A DNA stretch of 64,000 nt from Planctomycetota bacterium (GTDB lineage: Bacteria > Planctomycetota > UBA1135 > UBA2386): NCBI GenBank assembly GCA_046290465.1, contig JBKAGP010000001.1, forward strand, positions 928,001-992,000. The letters are read 5' to 3'. The notes under the pieces were generated by a model. The model had not been told where the DNA came from, searched no databases, and saw only the letters and a list, made by a program, of their open reading frames with translations. The position numbers and the translations under genes are program-made. Shown here piece after piece: positions 8,514-18,356 of the stretch; the first letter of the stretch is position 1, and every line of letters starts with the position of its first letter.

Positions 8514-10673
8514 TCACGGGGTGGCGGTCGCCTTGGCGGCCGCTCCGACGACCACGCGGTTGGCGCTGACCTCGAGCACGACGACGTCGACGCCGCTGGC
8601 GATCATCTCGCCGCGCGTGATGACGTCGACCTTGCGGCCGTCGATGCGCGCGAAGCCGGCCGGCCGGAGCGCGCTGAGCGCCGTGCCCGACTTGCCGACG
8701 AGGCCGTCGAGGCGATGGTCGGCAGCGCCGGCGGTGCCTTCGGTCGGCGGTCCGGTCAGGATCAGGTGCCGGCCGAAAGGCGTCTTCGGCAGGATCTTGA
8801 ACGCCGACCAGAACACGACCGGCGCGGCGATCGCCTCGAACACGGTCACGCCGATGCCGAACGACACCGACTCCTGGAACGCCAGGAAGATCGAGCCGAG
8901 CAGGCAGCCGGTCGCGGCGATGCCGAGCGCGCCCATCGACACGAACAGCACCTCGAGGAAGATCAGCAGCAGGCCGACCAGCCCGAGCAGCATGACCAGC
9001 CCGACACTGCCGTCCTCGGCGCTGCGGTCCTGCTGCGGCGATGCGTTGCCGTCGCCAGGATCGCCAGCAGCCGGATCTCCAGCAGCCCCATCTCCAACAG
9101 CAAGGTCCCCATCCGCCGCGACCACGACGCGGTTGCCCTGCACGTAGAGCACGCGCACGGCCGCGCCCTGGGCGATGAAGTCCCCCTCGGTGACGACGTC
9201 GATGCGGTCGTTGTCGATCGTCATCGTGCCGGTCGGCCGCAGCACGGTCGCCGCGGTGCCGACCCGGCCGACCAGCTTGACCAGGTTCTCGTAGGTCAGA
9301 CCGAGGTCGCTCGGCGTGCTGTTGCTGGCCGGTTCGCGCTTGTCACCGGGCGGCGGCAGCATGATCCGGTTGAACACGGGCACGTGCGGCAACAGCCGCC
9401 AGGTCAGGAACGCCAGCACGCCGACGACGACGAACAGGATCACCAGGTTGGCCAGGTTCCACAGCAGCACGTTCTCCTCGACCGCGTTGGACGGCAGCAC
9501 GAACGACTGCTGGCTCAGCACCAGCGACAGCATCAGGCACAGAAAGCCGACGACGCCGAAGATCACGGTGCCGGGCAGCAGGAAGATCTCGACCGCGATC
9601 GCGGCGATGCCGAGGAAGAACACCAGGATCTCGGTGATCTCCGCCAGGCCGACCAGGTAGCTGTAGAACAGCGCCAGACCCAGGAACAGGCAGCCGAGGA
9701 TGCCCGGCAGGCCGGTGCCCGGCGTCTTGACCTCGATCAGCAGCAGCAGGAAGCCGGCGGCCAGCAAGAACGGCTGCAGCAGCTCCAGCCACTCGACCAT
9801 CTTCTCGGCCCAGTTGACCGTCAGCTCGCCCATCGCGTCGCGCTCGATCGCGAGCACGTCGGCGAGCTGGTCGTAGCCCTGCAGCGTGCCGTTCGACAAT
9901 CCGAACTCCTCGGCCAGCATCGCGTCGACGACCAGCGGCCGGGTCAGCTTCTGGTCGCCGAAGACCTTCGGCCCGCCCGCCTCCGCGGCGCGCTGCTGCA
10001 GCGCCGTCAGCTCGTCGGAGTCGAGCACGCGCGACCGTTCCAGACCGCCCTCGCGCACCGTAGCGGTGATCAGCTGCACGCGCGGATCCACCATCGCCAT
10101 CGCCAGCTTGCGCGCGTCCTCGCGCAGCGCGTTCTTCCGGCGGTCGAGGCGGCCCTTCATCATGTCGCGCAGCGCATCGAGGCGGCGGCGCGCGGCGGCC
10201 TCGGGATCGGCGTCGAGCAGCACCTCGATCTCCTGCTCCGGCTTCTCGACCTCGCCCCACTCGGCGCCCTTGAGCAAGAACGTCTGGGTCGTGACCAGCG
10301 CCAGGCCGGCGGCGCCCTGGGTGTTGCGGCCGCGCAGCACCGCGATGGTCGGCACGTCGGTCGACTGCACCGCGTCGTAGAGGCTCTGCAGGTCGCCCGG
10401 GTCCTCGCCCTGGCTGCCCGCGTCCGACATCCGGAAGATCACGTGGCTGCAGCCGCGGCTCTCGGCCTCGCGGATCGAGCGGTGGCAGCGCGCCAGTTCG
10501 GTCGTTCCGAGCTTGCCGGTCAGCGTGACGACGAGCACGCGCGGCGCCTCCGCCTGCTGCGTCTGGTTGCCCTGGTCGTCCCAGTCGACGCGGGCGACCG
10601 GACCGCCACATGCCGACAGCAAGGCGGTTACGAGCCAGACCCAGAGAATGCGCAGCGTCGACTTCGTCAGCAC
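8514..10673 (-). CDS. nfeD: NfeD-family membrane protein: degenerate ClpP-like domain, TM domain and two NfeD C-terminal OB modules
   Basis: Lipobox LLSAC. LLLIEVKTPG, AVEIFLLPG. Two copies of LVGxxGTAxxxLRPxG..ID..R.DV.T.G. Confidence 0.85.
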   Translation of the reverse strand: MLTKSTLRILWVWLVTALLSACGGPVARVDWDDQGNQTQQAEAPRVLVVTLTGKLGTTELARCHRSIREAESRGCSHVIFRMSDAGSQGEDPGDLQSLYDAVQSTDVPTIAVLRGRNTQGAAGLALVTTQTFLLKGAEWGEVEKPEQEIEVLLDADPEAAARRRLDALRDMMKGRLDRRKNALREDARKLAMAMVDPRVQLITATVREGGLERSRVLDSDELTALQQRAAEAGGPKVFGDQKLTRPLVVDAMLAEEFGLSNGTLQGYDQLADVLAIERDAMGELTVNWAEKMVEWLELLQPFLLAAGFLLLLIEVKTPGTGLPGILGCLFLGLALFYSYLVGLAEITEILVFFLGIAAIAVEIFLLPGTVIFGVVGFLCLMLSLVLSQQSFVLPSNAVEENVLLWNLANLVILFVVVGVLAFLTWRLLPHVPVFNRIMLPPPGDKREPASNSTPSDLGLTYENLVKLVGRVGTAATVLRPTGTMTIDNDRIDVVTEGDFIAQGAAVRVLYVQGNRVVVAADGDLAVGDGAAGDPAAGDPGDGNASPQQDRSAEDGSVGLVMLLGLVGLLLIFLEVLFVSMGALGIAATGCLLGSIFLAFQESVSFGIGVTVFEAIAAPVVFWSAFKILPKTPFGRHLILTGPPTEGTAGAADHRLDGLVGKSGTALSALRPAGFARIDGRKVDVITRGEMIASGVDVVVLEVSANRVVVGAAAKATATP
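9060..9120. repeat. In-frame 15-bp degenerate tandem repeat in the NfeD linker (DGDLA/VGDGA/AGDPA/AGDPG)
   Basis: atcgccagcagccgg / atctccagcagcccc / atctccaacagcaag units. Confidence 0.6.
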
Positions 10674-10787
10674 GTGGATTGGTTTAGCAGACGGAGGGGG
10701 GTTAGCACGAGTACGGTCGAAGGACCATGGGATAAAGGCACGTGGCCCGTTGCAGGCCGGATCCGTCGTTTGCCGATAACGGGAACG

Positions 10788-11711
10788 ATGGCGAGTCCCC
10801 GCAGCAGCAACGACCACAAGACCGCGCGCGCCGCGGTGCAGTCGCTGCACAACGCGCTGGCCGCCCGGCGCCAGCACCCGGCCGCCCCCGAACTGTGGCG
10901 GCCCGCCCATCGGCGGGCGTTGGGCGCGCTGCGACGCGCCACCGAGCACGGGCCGCTGCAGCTGTTCCTGCGCGCCGGCGCGGTGCACGTCGGCGACGAG
11001 GCGGTGATGGCGTTCCTGCCGGACGACCCGCCGTTCGGTCGGCTGCGCGCCGCGGGCATCGGCGAGGTGGTGCTGACCGAAGGCATCGCCGAGGCCGGGG
11101 TCGACGAGTTCGTCGGCCGGCTGCACGCGCTGGCGGCGAGCGACGACGCCGACGCCGAACTGCAGGCGCTGCTGGCGACCGCGCACGTCAGCGGCGTCGA
11201 GCTGCGGGCCGAAGCGGACCTGCCCGATGCCGGCCGGGAGTCGACCGCCGACTGGAGCGCGCTGCCGCCGCCGCTGCCGACCAGTGCCGCGGTGCGCGCG
11301 ATCGTCGAACGCGACGGCGCCGCCAACCTGCCGGCGCTGGCCGCGCGCCAGCTGCTCGACGACTGCGAGTGCCAGGTGCCGAACTCGGGCCGGATCCTGC
11401 AGCGGCTGCTCGACCGCATGCTCGCCGCCGGCGACGTCAAGACGATCACGTGGCTTTTGACCGAGATCGAACGCCAGCCGCAGTTCGACCCGCTGACCCG
11501 CGACCGCATGTTCGCCCAGGCGCGCGCCCACTGCGACGCCGCGTGGCTGCAGGACCGGCTCGACCACGGCACAACCGACGAACTGCTCGAACTCAGCGCC
11601 CTGGTCATGCAGCTCGGCGACGACATCGCCGAGAACTTCGCCGCCGCCGCCGCCGCAGTCGCCCACCCCCTCACCCAGTGGATCGGCGACCTCCTCGGCA
11701 CCCGCGACTGA
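10788..11711 (+). CDS. Hypothetical alpha-helical protein
   Basis: 307-aa ORF with good codon bias, divergent from nfeD. No motif recognised with confidence. Confidence 0.7.
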   Translation: MASPRSSNDHKTARAAVQSLHNALAARRQHPAAPELWRPAHRRALGALRRATEHGPLQLFLRAGAVHVGDEAVMAFLPDDPPFGRLRAAGIGEVVLTEGIAEAGVDEFVGRLHALAASDDADAELQALLATAHVSGVELRAEADLPDAGRESTADWSALPPPLPTSAAVRAIVERDGAANLPALAARQLLDDCECQVPNSGRILQRLLDRMLAAGDVKTITWLLTEIERQPQFDPLTRDRMFAQARAHCDAAWLQDRLDHGTTDELLELSALVMQLGDDIAENFAAAAAAVAHPLTQWIGDLLGTRD

Positions 11712-11720
11712 CGGTCGGTG

Positions 11721-11784
11721 GGTCTGGTTCCCGGAACCAGCCCCTCCCAAACCAGACGTACCGGAACCAGACTTCCGGATCGGG
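11721..11784. repeat. Palindromic / 15-bp periodic element between convergent genes (terminator- or REP-like)
   Basis: GTCTGGTTCC...GGAACCAGAC inverted repeat. Units ccggaaccagcccct / cccaaaccagacgta / ccggaaccagacttc. Confidence 0.55.
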
Positions 11785-13653
11785 TCAGCGCAGGGTGTCG
11801 AGGGTGAGCAGCGCCATGGCGGTGCCGTAGCAGCGGCCGAGTTCGTGGCTGTCGACGAAGCAGCCGTCGAACTCGGGGACGGCCAGCACCTTGGCGTGCA
11901 GGGCCGCGGCGAGGGCGCGACGCTTGTCGGCGTCCTCGATCTCGGCGATCGCCTCGGCGCGGCCGAGCATGTCGAACCAGAAGAAGAACCCGCCGTAGCC
12001 GTAGCGGTTGGCGTGGTCGTCGTACTTGCGGACCTCGGCCAGCAGCGAATGGAAGCGTTCGCCGGTCTCGACGGCGGCCGTCAGCTTCTGCTGGTCGCTC
12101 GCGCCGAACAGGTAGAGCGCCAGTTCGCACAGCGGCATGCGCCCCCCGGCGGCCTCGAGCGACGCGCGCGGCGCGCGGCCGGGCCGCGTCTGCCCGTAGC
12201 TGAACGCCCCCTCCTTGGTGCGGTTGAACGCCAGTGCCTTCAAGCCCTTGTCGATGTTGTCCTGCGGCACCTCGAAGCCGAGCTGCCTTATGCCGTGCAA
12301 GGCCTGCAGCGCGGTCGCGATCGCGAACGGGTTGCCGTACTCGTGGAACCACACGCCGGTCTCGGGCTGCAGCGCGATCAGCGCCGCGACGCCGCGACGG
12401 ATGCCGGGCTCGAGCGCCTCGGCGTCGCCGCTGCGACGACGCTGCCAGGCCTCGAGGAAGCGCAGCGCATAGGCGCGCGCCCACACGATCTCGTCGCGGT
12501 CGGACAGCGCCAGCCAGTCGCTCTGCATCGCGTTGGCCCGCATCCGCAGCAGCTGCGCCTCGGCGCGTTCGAGCAGCGCCGCATCGAGTTCCAGCTCGCC
12601 GTTGCGAGCGCGCGCGGTCGCCGCCAGCAGCGCCTCGCCGACCAGGCAGGTCACGGCCGCGTGCACGTTGGGCAACCCGTCGGTGCCGCCGAAGTCGTAG
12701 GTGCTGTCGCGATAGACGCCGTCGTCGTCGTGCGCACCGAGCAGGAAACGCACACTGCGCGCCCACAGCTCCTGCTCGCGGTAGTGGCCCTCCGGAGCGC
12801 GCGTGCCGTCGGTCGGGTCGCCGGCGACCGCCCAGTCGGGCAGGTCCGCGTAGACCTCGAAGCCGTGCACGAACGGACCGTGGTTCTCGATCTCGAGCGC
12901 GGCCTTCCATCCCATCGGATGGTCGGGATAGAACCGCACCAGCTTGCGCCACGCGTCGAGCGCGTCCTCGCGACGGCCGAGGCGGAACAGCGCGACCCCG
13001 CGCAGCCAGTGCTGCTCGGCGAACAGGCCCCCCTTGGGCGCCGGCGTGACCAGGTCGTCGGTCGGCCGGGCCACCAACTCGAGCACCTCGCGCCAGTCGC
13101 CGCGGCCGACGGCCTTGGCGGTCTCCGGCCGCACCCCGGCGAACGCAAACGGCAGCTCCGGCTGCTCGGCCAGCCGCAGCAGCGGACCGAGGAAGTGCCG
13201 CGGATGGAACGTCGTCAGCTGCTGCACCGCGAGCTGCTGCTCGCCGTCGCCGTCGAGCACCAGGTAGCCGGGCTCGATGTAGGCGATGCGCGACAGCCCG
13301 TACTTCTTCGCCAGCTCCCCGCGCGCGACCTCGCGCACCGGCACGTAGTGCTGGTTGAGCAGCACCACCGTCGCCGGCCACGAGAACGGTCCCCCCATCA
13401 TGTAGCGATCGACCTCGGGCTTGCGGTCCATCGGCGAGCGGTGCACCGACGGCACGTACCAGAACACCGGCTTGCCGGTCTTCTTCGACTCGGCCAGCGC
13501 CGCCTCGACGCCGTCGCGCCACTGCACCCCGCTGCCCGCCTTGGCCGCCAACTCGCCGGGCGGCTTGCGGATCTTGCGGGTCGAGTTCTGCGCGACCGTC
13601 AACGTCGGGCAGCACGCCGCGACCAGAACGAGACACAACCAACGAGCCGTCAT
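11785..13653 (-). CDS. Secreted protein: thioredoxin-like N-terminus, TPR, prenyltransferase-like alpha/alpha toroid C-terminus
   Basis: Signal peptide. W...VEAALAESKKTGKPVFWY. TPR-like WLRGVALFRLGRREDALDAWRKLVRFYPDH. LIALQPETGVW, EGAFSY, YGTAMALLTL. Confidence 0.7.
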   Translation of the reverse strand: MTARWLCLVLVAACCPTLTVAQNSTRKIRKPPGELAAKAGSGVQWRDGVEAALAESKKTGKPVFWYVPSVHRSPMDRKPEVDRYMMGGPFSWPATVVLLNQHYVPVREVARGELAKKYGLSRIAYIEPGYLVLDGDGEQQLAVQQLTTFHPRHFLGPLLRLAEQPELPFAFAGVRPETAKAVGRGDWREVLELVARPTDDLVTPAPKGGLFAEQHWLRGVALFRLGRREDALDAWRKLVRFYPDHPMGWKAALEIENHGPFVHGFEVYADLPDWAVAGDPTDGTRAPEGHYREQELWARSVRFLLGAHDDDGVYRDSTYDFGGTDGLPNVHAAVTCLVGEALLAATARARNGELELDAALLERAEAQLLRMRANAMQSDWLALSDRDEIVWARAYALRFLEAWQRRRSGDAEALEPGIRRGVAALIALQPETGVWFHEYGNPFAIATALQALHGIRQLGFEVPQDNIDKGLKALAFNRTKEGAFSYGQTRPGRAPRASLEAAGGRMPLCELALYLFGASDQQKLTAAVETGERFHSLLAEVRKYDDHANRYGYGGFFFWFDMLGRAEAIAEIEDADKRRALAAALHAKVLAVPEFDGCFVDSHELGRCYGTAMALLTLDTLR

Positions 13654-13730
13654 GCCAGCAGCGTGCCCGCAGCCACGAAGCCGGGCAAGCCGGTCGCAAG
13701 CGTCCGGTGTGCCCCGTATATGTGTCCGCC

Positions 13731-15812
13731 ATGTTGCGACCGTTCCTAGCCGTTCTCGCCGCCGTGCTGTTCCTGCCCGATGAAGGGCAATGGCTTCCGA
13801 CCCAGATCCGCGAGATGGACTGGGACGCGCTGAAGCAGCGCGGCATGGAGCTGACCAAGGACGAGTTCTGGCACCCGACCAAGGGTGGCGTGCTGTCCGC
13901 GACCGTGCAGATCAACGGCTGCACCGCGTCGTTCGTGTCGAAGGACGGCCTGCTGGTCACCAACCACCACTGCGGCTTCGGCGCGGTCAGCGCGCTGAGC
14001 ACCCCCGAGGCCAACCACCTGCGCGACGGCTTCACCGCCGCCACGCGCGAGCAGGAACTGCCGGCCCCCAACATGGTCGCGACCGTGCTCAAGCGCATCG
14101 AGAACGTCACCGACAAGGTGCACCAGGCGCAGCAGGAGGCGACCACCGACCTCGAGCGCTGGTCGATCACCCAGCAGACGATCGCACGCCTGGTCGCCGA
14201 GGGCGAGCGCAGCGAACCGAACACCAAATGCTCGGTCGCGTCGTTCCTCGAAGGCAAGGAGTACCACCTCTACTACCGCACCCAGATCCGCGACGTGCGG
14301 CTGGTCTACGCGCCGCCGCGCGCGATCGGCGAGTTCGGCGGCGAGGTCGACAACTGGGAGTGGCCGCGCCACACCGGCGACTTCACGTTCTTCCGCGCCT
14401 ACGTCGCGCCGGACGGTTCGGTGCGCGACCACGACGACGACAACGTCCCGTTTCAGCCCGAGCACTTCCTGAAGACGGCCACCAGGCCGATCGAGGAAGG
14501 CGACCTCGCGATCATCATGGGCTACCCGGGCAGCACCCAGCGCTACAAGACCAGCGCCGGCGTCGCGACCCAGGAGGGCTACGTGTTCCCGGCGCGCCTG
14601 CGCGTGCTGACCAAGGCGATCGAGGTGCTCGAGCACGCCGGCGAACAGAGCGAGGCGATGGCGCTGCAGGTCGCGAGCGAGAAGAAGTCGCTCGCCAACA
14701 TCCAGAAGAACGCCGCCGGCATGATCTTCGGCCTCAAGAACAACGCCGTGGTCGCGCGCAAGCTGCGCGAGGAGGCCGAGCTGGCGGCCGCCGGTGACGG
14801 CGACAACGCCGAACTGCTGAAGCAGATGCTCGCCGACGCCGAGGCCGAGGCGAACGTCATCGAGAAGGACACCAACATGTGGTTCGTCGCGGTGCTGCGC
14901 GACAACCTGCCGCTGTTCGACGTGCTGATGCAGGGCTGCAACGCGGTCGCGCGCGGTGGCCGCATCAGCCAGCGCGGCCTCGACATGATCGGCGGCGAGG
15001 GCATCGAGAAGGACCTCGACCTGATCCAGAAGCCGATGCTGCGCATCCTGCTCGCCGAGTGGGCCGCGATCGGCAAGGAGCAGCGACTCGCCGGCACCGA
15101 GATGCTCGGCGACGGCGACGAGGCGGTGCTCGACACGGTGATGGCGACGACCCAGATGTTCGATGCCGACAAGCGCCGGGAGCTGTTCGCCGGCGGCAAG
15201 GAAGCCGTCGCGGCCAGCGACGACCCGCTGATCGTGCTGGCCCGCGGCATCCACGACGAGTACCAGCAGTGGCTGCAGCGCCGTCGCGAACGCGAGGGCC
15301 GCAAGCTCGACGTCGGCCGCCGCTGGATCGCGGCGCAGGAGGCCTACCGCGGCAAGTCGTTCTACCCCGACGCCAACAGCACGCTGCGCGTGTCGATCGC
15401 CGAGGTCAAGAGCTACGAGCCGCGCGACGGCGTGCACTACAAGGCGCAGACGACCGTCGCCGGCCTGCTGCAGAAGGAGACCGGTGAGGAGCCGTTCAAC
15501 AACCCGAAGGCGCTGCTCGCCGCCGCCAAGGACCGGATGAAGAGCCGCTGGGTCGTGCCGCACCTCGGCGACGTGCCGGTGTGCTTCCTGACCAACGGCG
15601 ACACCACCGGCGGCAACTCCGGTTCGCCGGTCATCAACGGCCGCGGCGAACTGATCGGCCTCAACTTCGACCGCGTGTTCGAGAACGTCGCCGGCGACTT
15701 CGGCTGGAATCCCGAACGGTCGCGCAACGTGGTCTGCGACTTCCGTTACGTGCTGTGGGTGCTCGAGGACGTGCAGCCCGCGCCGAACCTGCTGAAGGAA
15801 CTCGGCGTCTGA
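13731..15812 (+). CDS. S46 family dipeptidyl peptidase (DPP11-like)
   Basis: DEGQWLP, GCTASFVS, TNHHC, DNWEWPRHTGDF, GYPGST, YPDANSTLRV, TGGNSGSP. GLNFDR carries Arg, as in the Asp/Glu-specific DPP11. Confidence 0.93.
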   Translation: MLRPFLAVLAAVLFLPDEGQWLPTQIREMDWDALKQRGMELTKDEFWHPTKGGVLSATVQINGCTASFVSKDGLLVTNHHCGFGAVSALSTPEANHLRDGFTAATREQELPAPNMVATVLKRIENVTDKVHQAQQEATTDLERWSITQQTIARLVAEGERSEPNTKCSVASFLEGKEYHLYYRTQIRDVRLVYAPPRAIGEFGGEVDNWEWPRHTGDFTFFRAYVAPDGSVRDHDDDNVPFQPEHFLKTATRPIEEGDLAIIMGYPGSTQRYKTSAGVATQEGYVFPARLRVLTKAIEVLEHAGEQSEAMALQVASEKKSLANIQKNAAGMIFGLKNNAVVARKLREEAELAAAGDGDNAELLKQMLADAEAEANVIEKDTNMWFVAVLRDNLPLFDVLMQGCNAVARGGRISQRGLDMIGGEGIEKDLDLIQKPMLRILLAEWAAIGKEQRLAGTEMLGDGDEAVLDTVMATTQMFDADKRRELFAGGKEAVAASDDPLIVLARGIHDEYQQWLQRRREREGRKLDVGRRWIAAQEAYRGKSFYPDANSTLRVSIAEVKSYEPRDGVHYKAQTTVAGLLQKETGEEPFNNPKALLAAAKDRMKSRWVVPHLGDVPVCFLTNGDTTGGNSGSPVINGRGELIGLNFDRVFENVAGDFGWNPERSRNVVCDFRYVLWVLEDVQPAPNLLKELGV

Positions 15813-15817
15813 TCGCC

Positions 15818-16801
15818 ATGCTCGACATGCAGATACGAGTCCTTGCCCTCGCGCTCACGGTCGCGCTCGCCCCCGCGTCCCTGGTCGCACAGGAGACGGA
15901 GGCCGCCACCCAGGCGAAGCCCCCGTCGCTCACCACCTACGGCTGGAAGGCCCCGTCCTCGGCCATCGTCACCGAAGACATCACCAAGAAGGGCGAGAGC
16001 AGCAAGATGCGCTACCGGCTCGCGATGACGCCGCGTGAGGGCGGCGGCATCCGCATCGCCTACGAGGACTTCCGCTTCGTCCAGTTCCACGACATGGACA
16101 TGGAGTCGCCGAAGGTGCAGAAGGTGCTCGAGACGATCACGGCGATGACCGCGGCGATCCCCGACCTGCACGTGCACGCGGACGGCCGCTTCGACGAGGC
16201 CAGCGGCGTCGACGAGTGCATCGACACGGTCGTCGAGTTCATGGCCAAGATGCGCGGCATGGGCCCTGCCGAGAAGAAGCGGCTGCGCGCCGTGATGCGC
16301 ACGCCCGCCGCGACGGCGATGATGAAGGAAGGCGTGGCGCAGTACTGGCGCACCTGGGTCGGCGCGTGGCACGGCTGGACGCTCGCGGCAGGCGAGAAGC
16401 ACACCGAGAAGACGCAGCTGCAGCTGCTCGGCAAGGGCCGCGAGGCGACCGTGCACACCGAGCACCTGCCCGCTCCAGCCGACCACCCCGGCTGCGTCGC
16501 GCTCAAGATGGTGATCGAGAGCGAGCCCGCGCACTTCGGCATGGACGCGGCGTTCTTCATCGCCGAGCTGGTACCGAAGGTTCAGGCGGCGGGCGGCGTC
16601 GCCGCCGGCGAGAACCGCCTCAAGCTGTCGTACCGCGAGACGCTGACGGTGATCACCGACCCGAAGACCATGCGGACGAAGGTCGCCACGTCGGACCGCA
16701 CGATCACGCTGCACGACTCGGCGACGGAAGAGACGCACGAACAGGTCGAGAAGCACCGCTACGAGTTCGACTGGAAGGGCGCCGAGAGCAGCGACAAGTG
16801 A
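15818..16801 (+). CDS. Secreted hypothetical protein
   Basis: Signal peptide ending LVA-Q. Good codon bias. Operonic with the S46 peptidase and DUF72. Confidence 0.75.
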   Translation: MLDMQIRVLALALTVALAPASLVAQETEAATQAKPPSLTTYGWKAPSSAIVTEDITKKGESSKMRYRLAMTPREGGGIRIAYEDFRFVQFHDMDMESPKVQKVLETITAMTAAIPDLHVHADGRFDEASGVDECIDTVVEFMAKMRGMGPAEKKRLRAVMRTPAATAMMKEGVAQYWRTWVGAWHGWTLAAGEKHTEKTQLQLLGKGREATVHTEHLPAPADHPGCVALKMVIESEPAHFGMDAAFFIAELVPKVQAAGGVAAGENRLKLSYRETLTVITDPKTMRTKVATSDRTITLHDSATEETHEQVEKHRYEFDWKGAESSDK

Positions 16802-17814
16802 GCCGCCGCAAGGACACGCCCAACCAGCTCGGCCTGTTCGGACCGATCGAGGACGAGCAGCCGGCGCGACCGAAGCTCGCCGCGGCGGAGGTGCCCGACG
16901 ACGTGCGCGCGCTCGGCGAACGGCTGTCGCGCCGCATCCACCTCGGCACGTCGTCGTGGGCGTTCGCCGGCTGGCGTGGGATCGTCTACGCCGAGGACGC
17001 ACCGCAGCGGCACCTGTCGCGCCACGGCCTCGGCGCCTACGGCCAGCACCCGCTGCTGCGCACCGTCGGGGTGGACCGCACCTTCTATGCGCCGATCCCG
17101 GCCGAGGAGTTCGCCGGCTACGCCGAACAGGTGCCCGACGACTTCCGCTTCCTGGTCAAGGCCTGGGGCGAAGTCACCTCCCCGACGCTGCCTGGTCGCA
17201 CCGGCCTCAACCCCAACCACCTCGACGCCGACTGCGCGCTCGACCATTGCGTCGCCCCTGCGCGCGAAGGCCTCGGCGACAAGCTCGGGCCGATGCTGTT
17301 CCAGTTCCCGCCGCAGGGCGGAGCGATCACGCGCAAGCCCGACGCGTTCGCAGACCGGCTGCACGGCTTCTTCGACGCGCTGCCGAAGGGGCCGCGCTAC
17401 GTCGTCGAGCTGCGCGACGAGCAGCTGTTCACCGGGCGCTACGTCGAGGCGCTGCGCGCGGCCGGCGCGCAGCACGGCTACGTCGCGCACCCGCGCATGC
17501 CGTCGCTGCAGCGCCAGCGTGAGGTCGCGCCGATCGCGGGGCCGACCACGGTGCGCTGGATGCTGCACCAGGGCTTCGCCTACGAGCAGGCCAAGGAGCG
17601 TTACCAGCCGTTCGACGCGCTGGTCGACCAGGATCCGGGCACGCGCCAGGCGATCGTCGACATGGCCAGGGAGGCGATCGCGCTCGACGTCGAGATGGTC
17701 GTCGTCGTCAACAACAAGGCCGAGGGCAGCTCGCCGCTCAGCGTGCTCGAGCTGGCGCGCGCGATCGTTCAGGCATCGGTCGACGCGAACGACCGCTCGA
17801 CCTCGCGGTCGTAG
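16798..17814 (+). CDS. DUF72 (YecE-like) TIM-barrel protein
   Basis: LGTSSWAF.GW.G.VY, VGVDRTFY, VPDDFRFLVKA, KLGPMLFQFPP, VELRD, VNNKAEG. GTG overlaps the upstream stop. Confidence 0.9.
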   Translation: MSRRKDTPNQLGLFGPIEDEQPARPKLAAAEVPDDVRALGERLSRRIHLGTSSWAFAGWRGIVYAEDAPQRHLSRHGLGAYGQHPLLRTVGVDRTFYAPIPAEEFAGYAEQVPDDFRFLVKAWGEVTSPTLPGRTGLNPNHLDADCALDHCVAPAREGLGDKLGPMLFQFPPQGGAITRKPDAFADRLHGFFDALPKGPRYVVELRDEQLFTGRYVEALRAAGAQHGYVAHPRMPSLQRQREVAPIAGPTTVRWMLHQGFAYEQAKERYQPFDALVDQDPGTRQAIVDMAREAIALDVEMVVVVNNKAEGSSPLSVLELARAIVQASVDANDRSTSRS

Positions 17815-18353
17815 ACCACCACGTCCGGGATCTCGCGGTAGCGCTCGTCGAGGTCCATGCCGAAGCCGATCACGAACTCGTCGGGGATCTCGAAGCCGAC
17901 GTGCTCGACCACCACGTCGACGACGCGGCGCGACGGCTTGCTGAGCATCGTCGCCACGCGCACCCGGCGGGCGCCGAGGCCGAGGAAGTGCTTGCGCAGC
18001 GCATCGACGGTGCGGCCGGTGTCGACGATGTCCTCGAGCAGCAGCACGTCGCGGTCCTTGACGGTCGCGGCGTCGAGGCCACCGAGCATCGAGATGCGCA
18101 CCTCACCGGTGCTCTCGGTGCCTTCGTACGACTTCGCGCGAACCTCGTGCACGACCTGGCCGGGGAAGCCGTTCTGCACCAGCCGCGCAAACGGCCGCGC
18201 GCCCTCGACGACCTGCACCAGGCACGGCGGCTGCTCGCCGAGCTCCCGCTTCAGCTCGCGCGTGATCTCGATCGCGCGCCGCAGGATCTCGATGCTCGAG
18301 AACAGCACGCGAAACGGCGGGAAGCGAGAGGACAGCGAAGCGGGTTGGGGCAC
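17769..18353 (-). CDS. hpt: Hypoxanthine phosphoribosyltransferase
   Basis: KSYEGTESTG, VLLLEDIVDTGRT, GFEIPDEFVIGFGMDLDERYR. Confidence 0.9.
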   Translation of the reverse strand: MPQPASLSSRFPPFRVLFSSIEILRRAIEITRELKRELGEQPPCLVQVVEGARPFARLVQNGFPGQVVHEVRAKSYEGTESTGEVRISMLGGLDAATVKDRDVLLLEDIVDTGRTVDALRKHFLGLGARRVRVATMLSKPSRRVVDVVVEHVGFEIPDEFVIGFGMDLDERYREIPDVVVYDREVERSFASTDA

Positions 18354-18356
18354 GTC

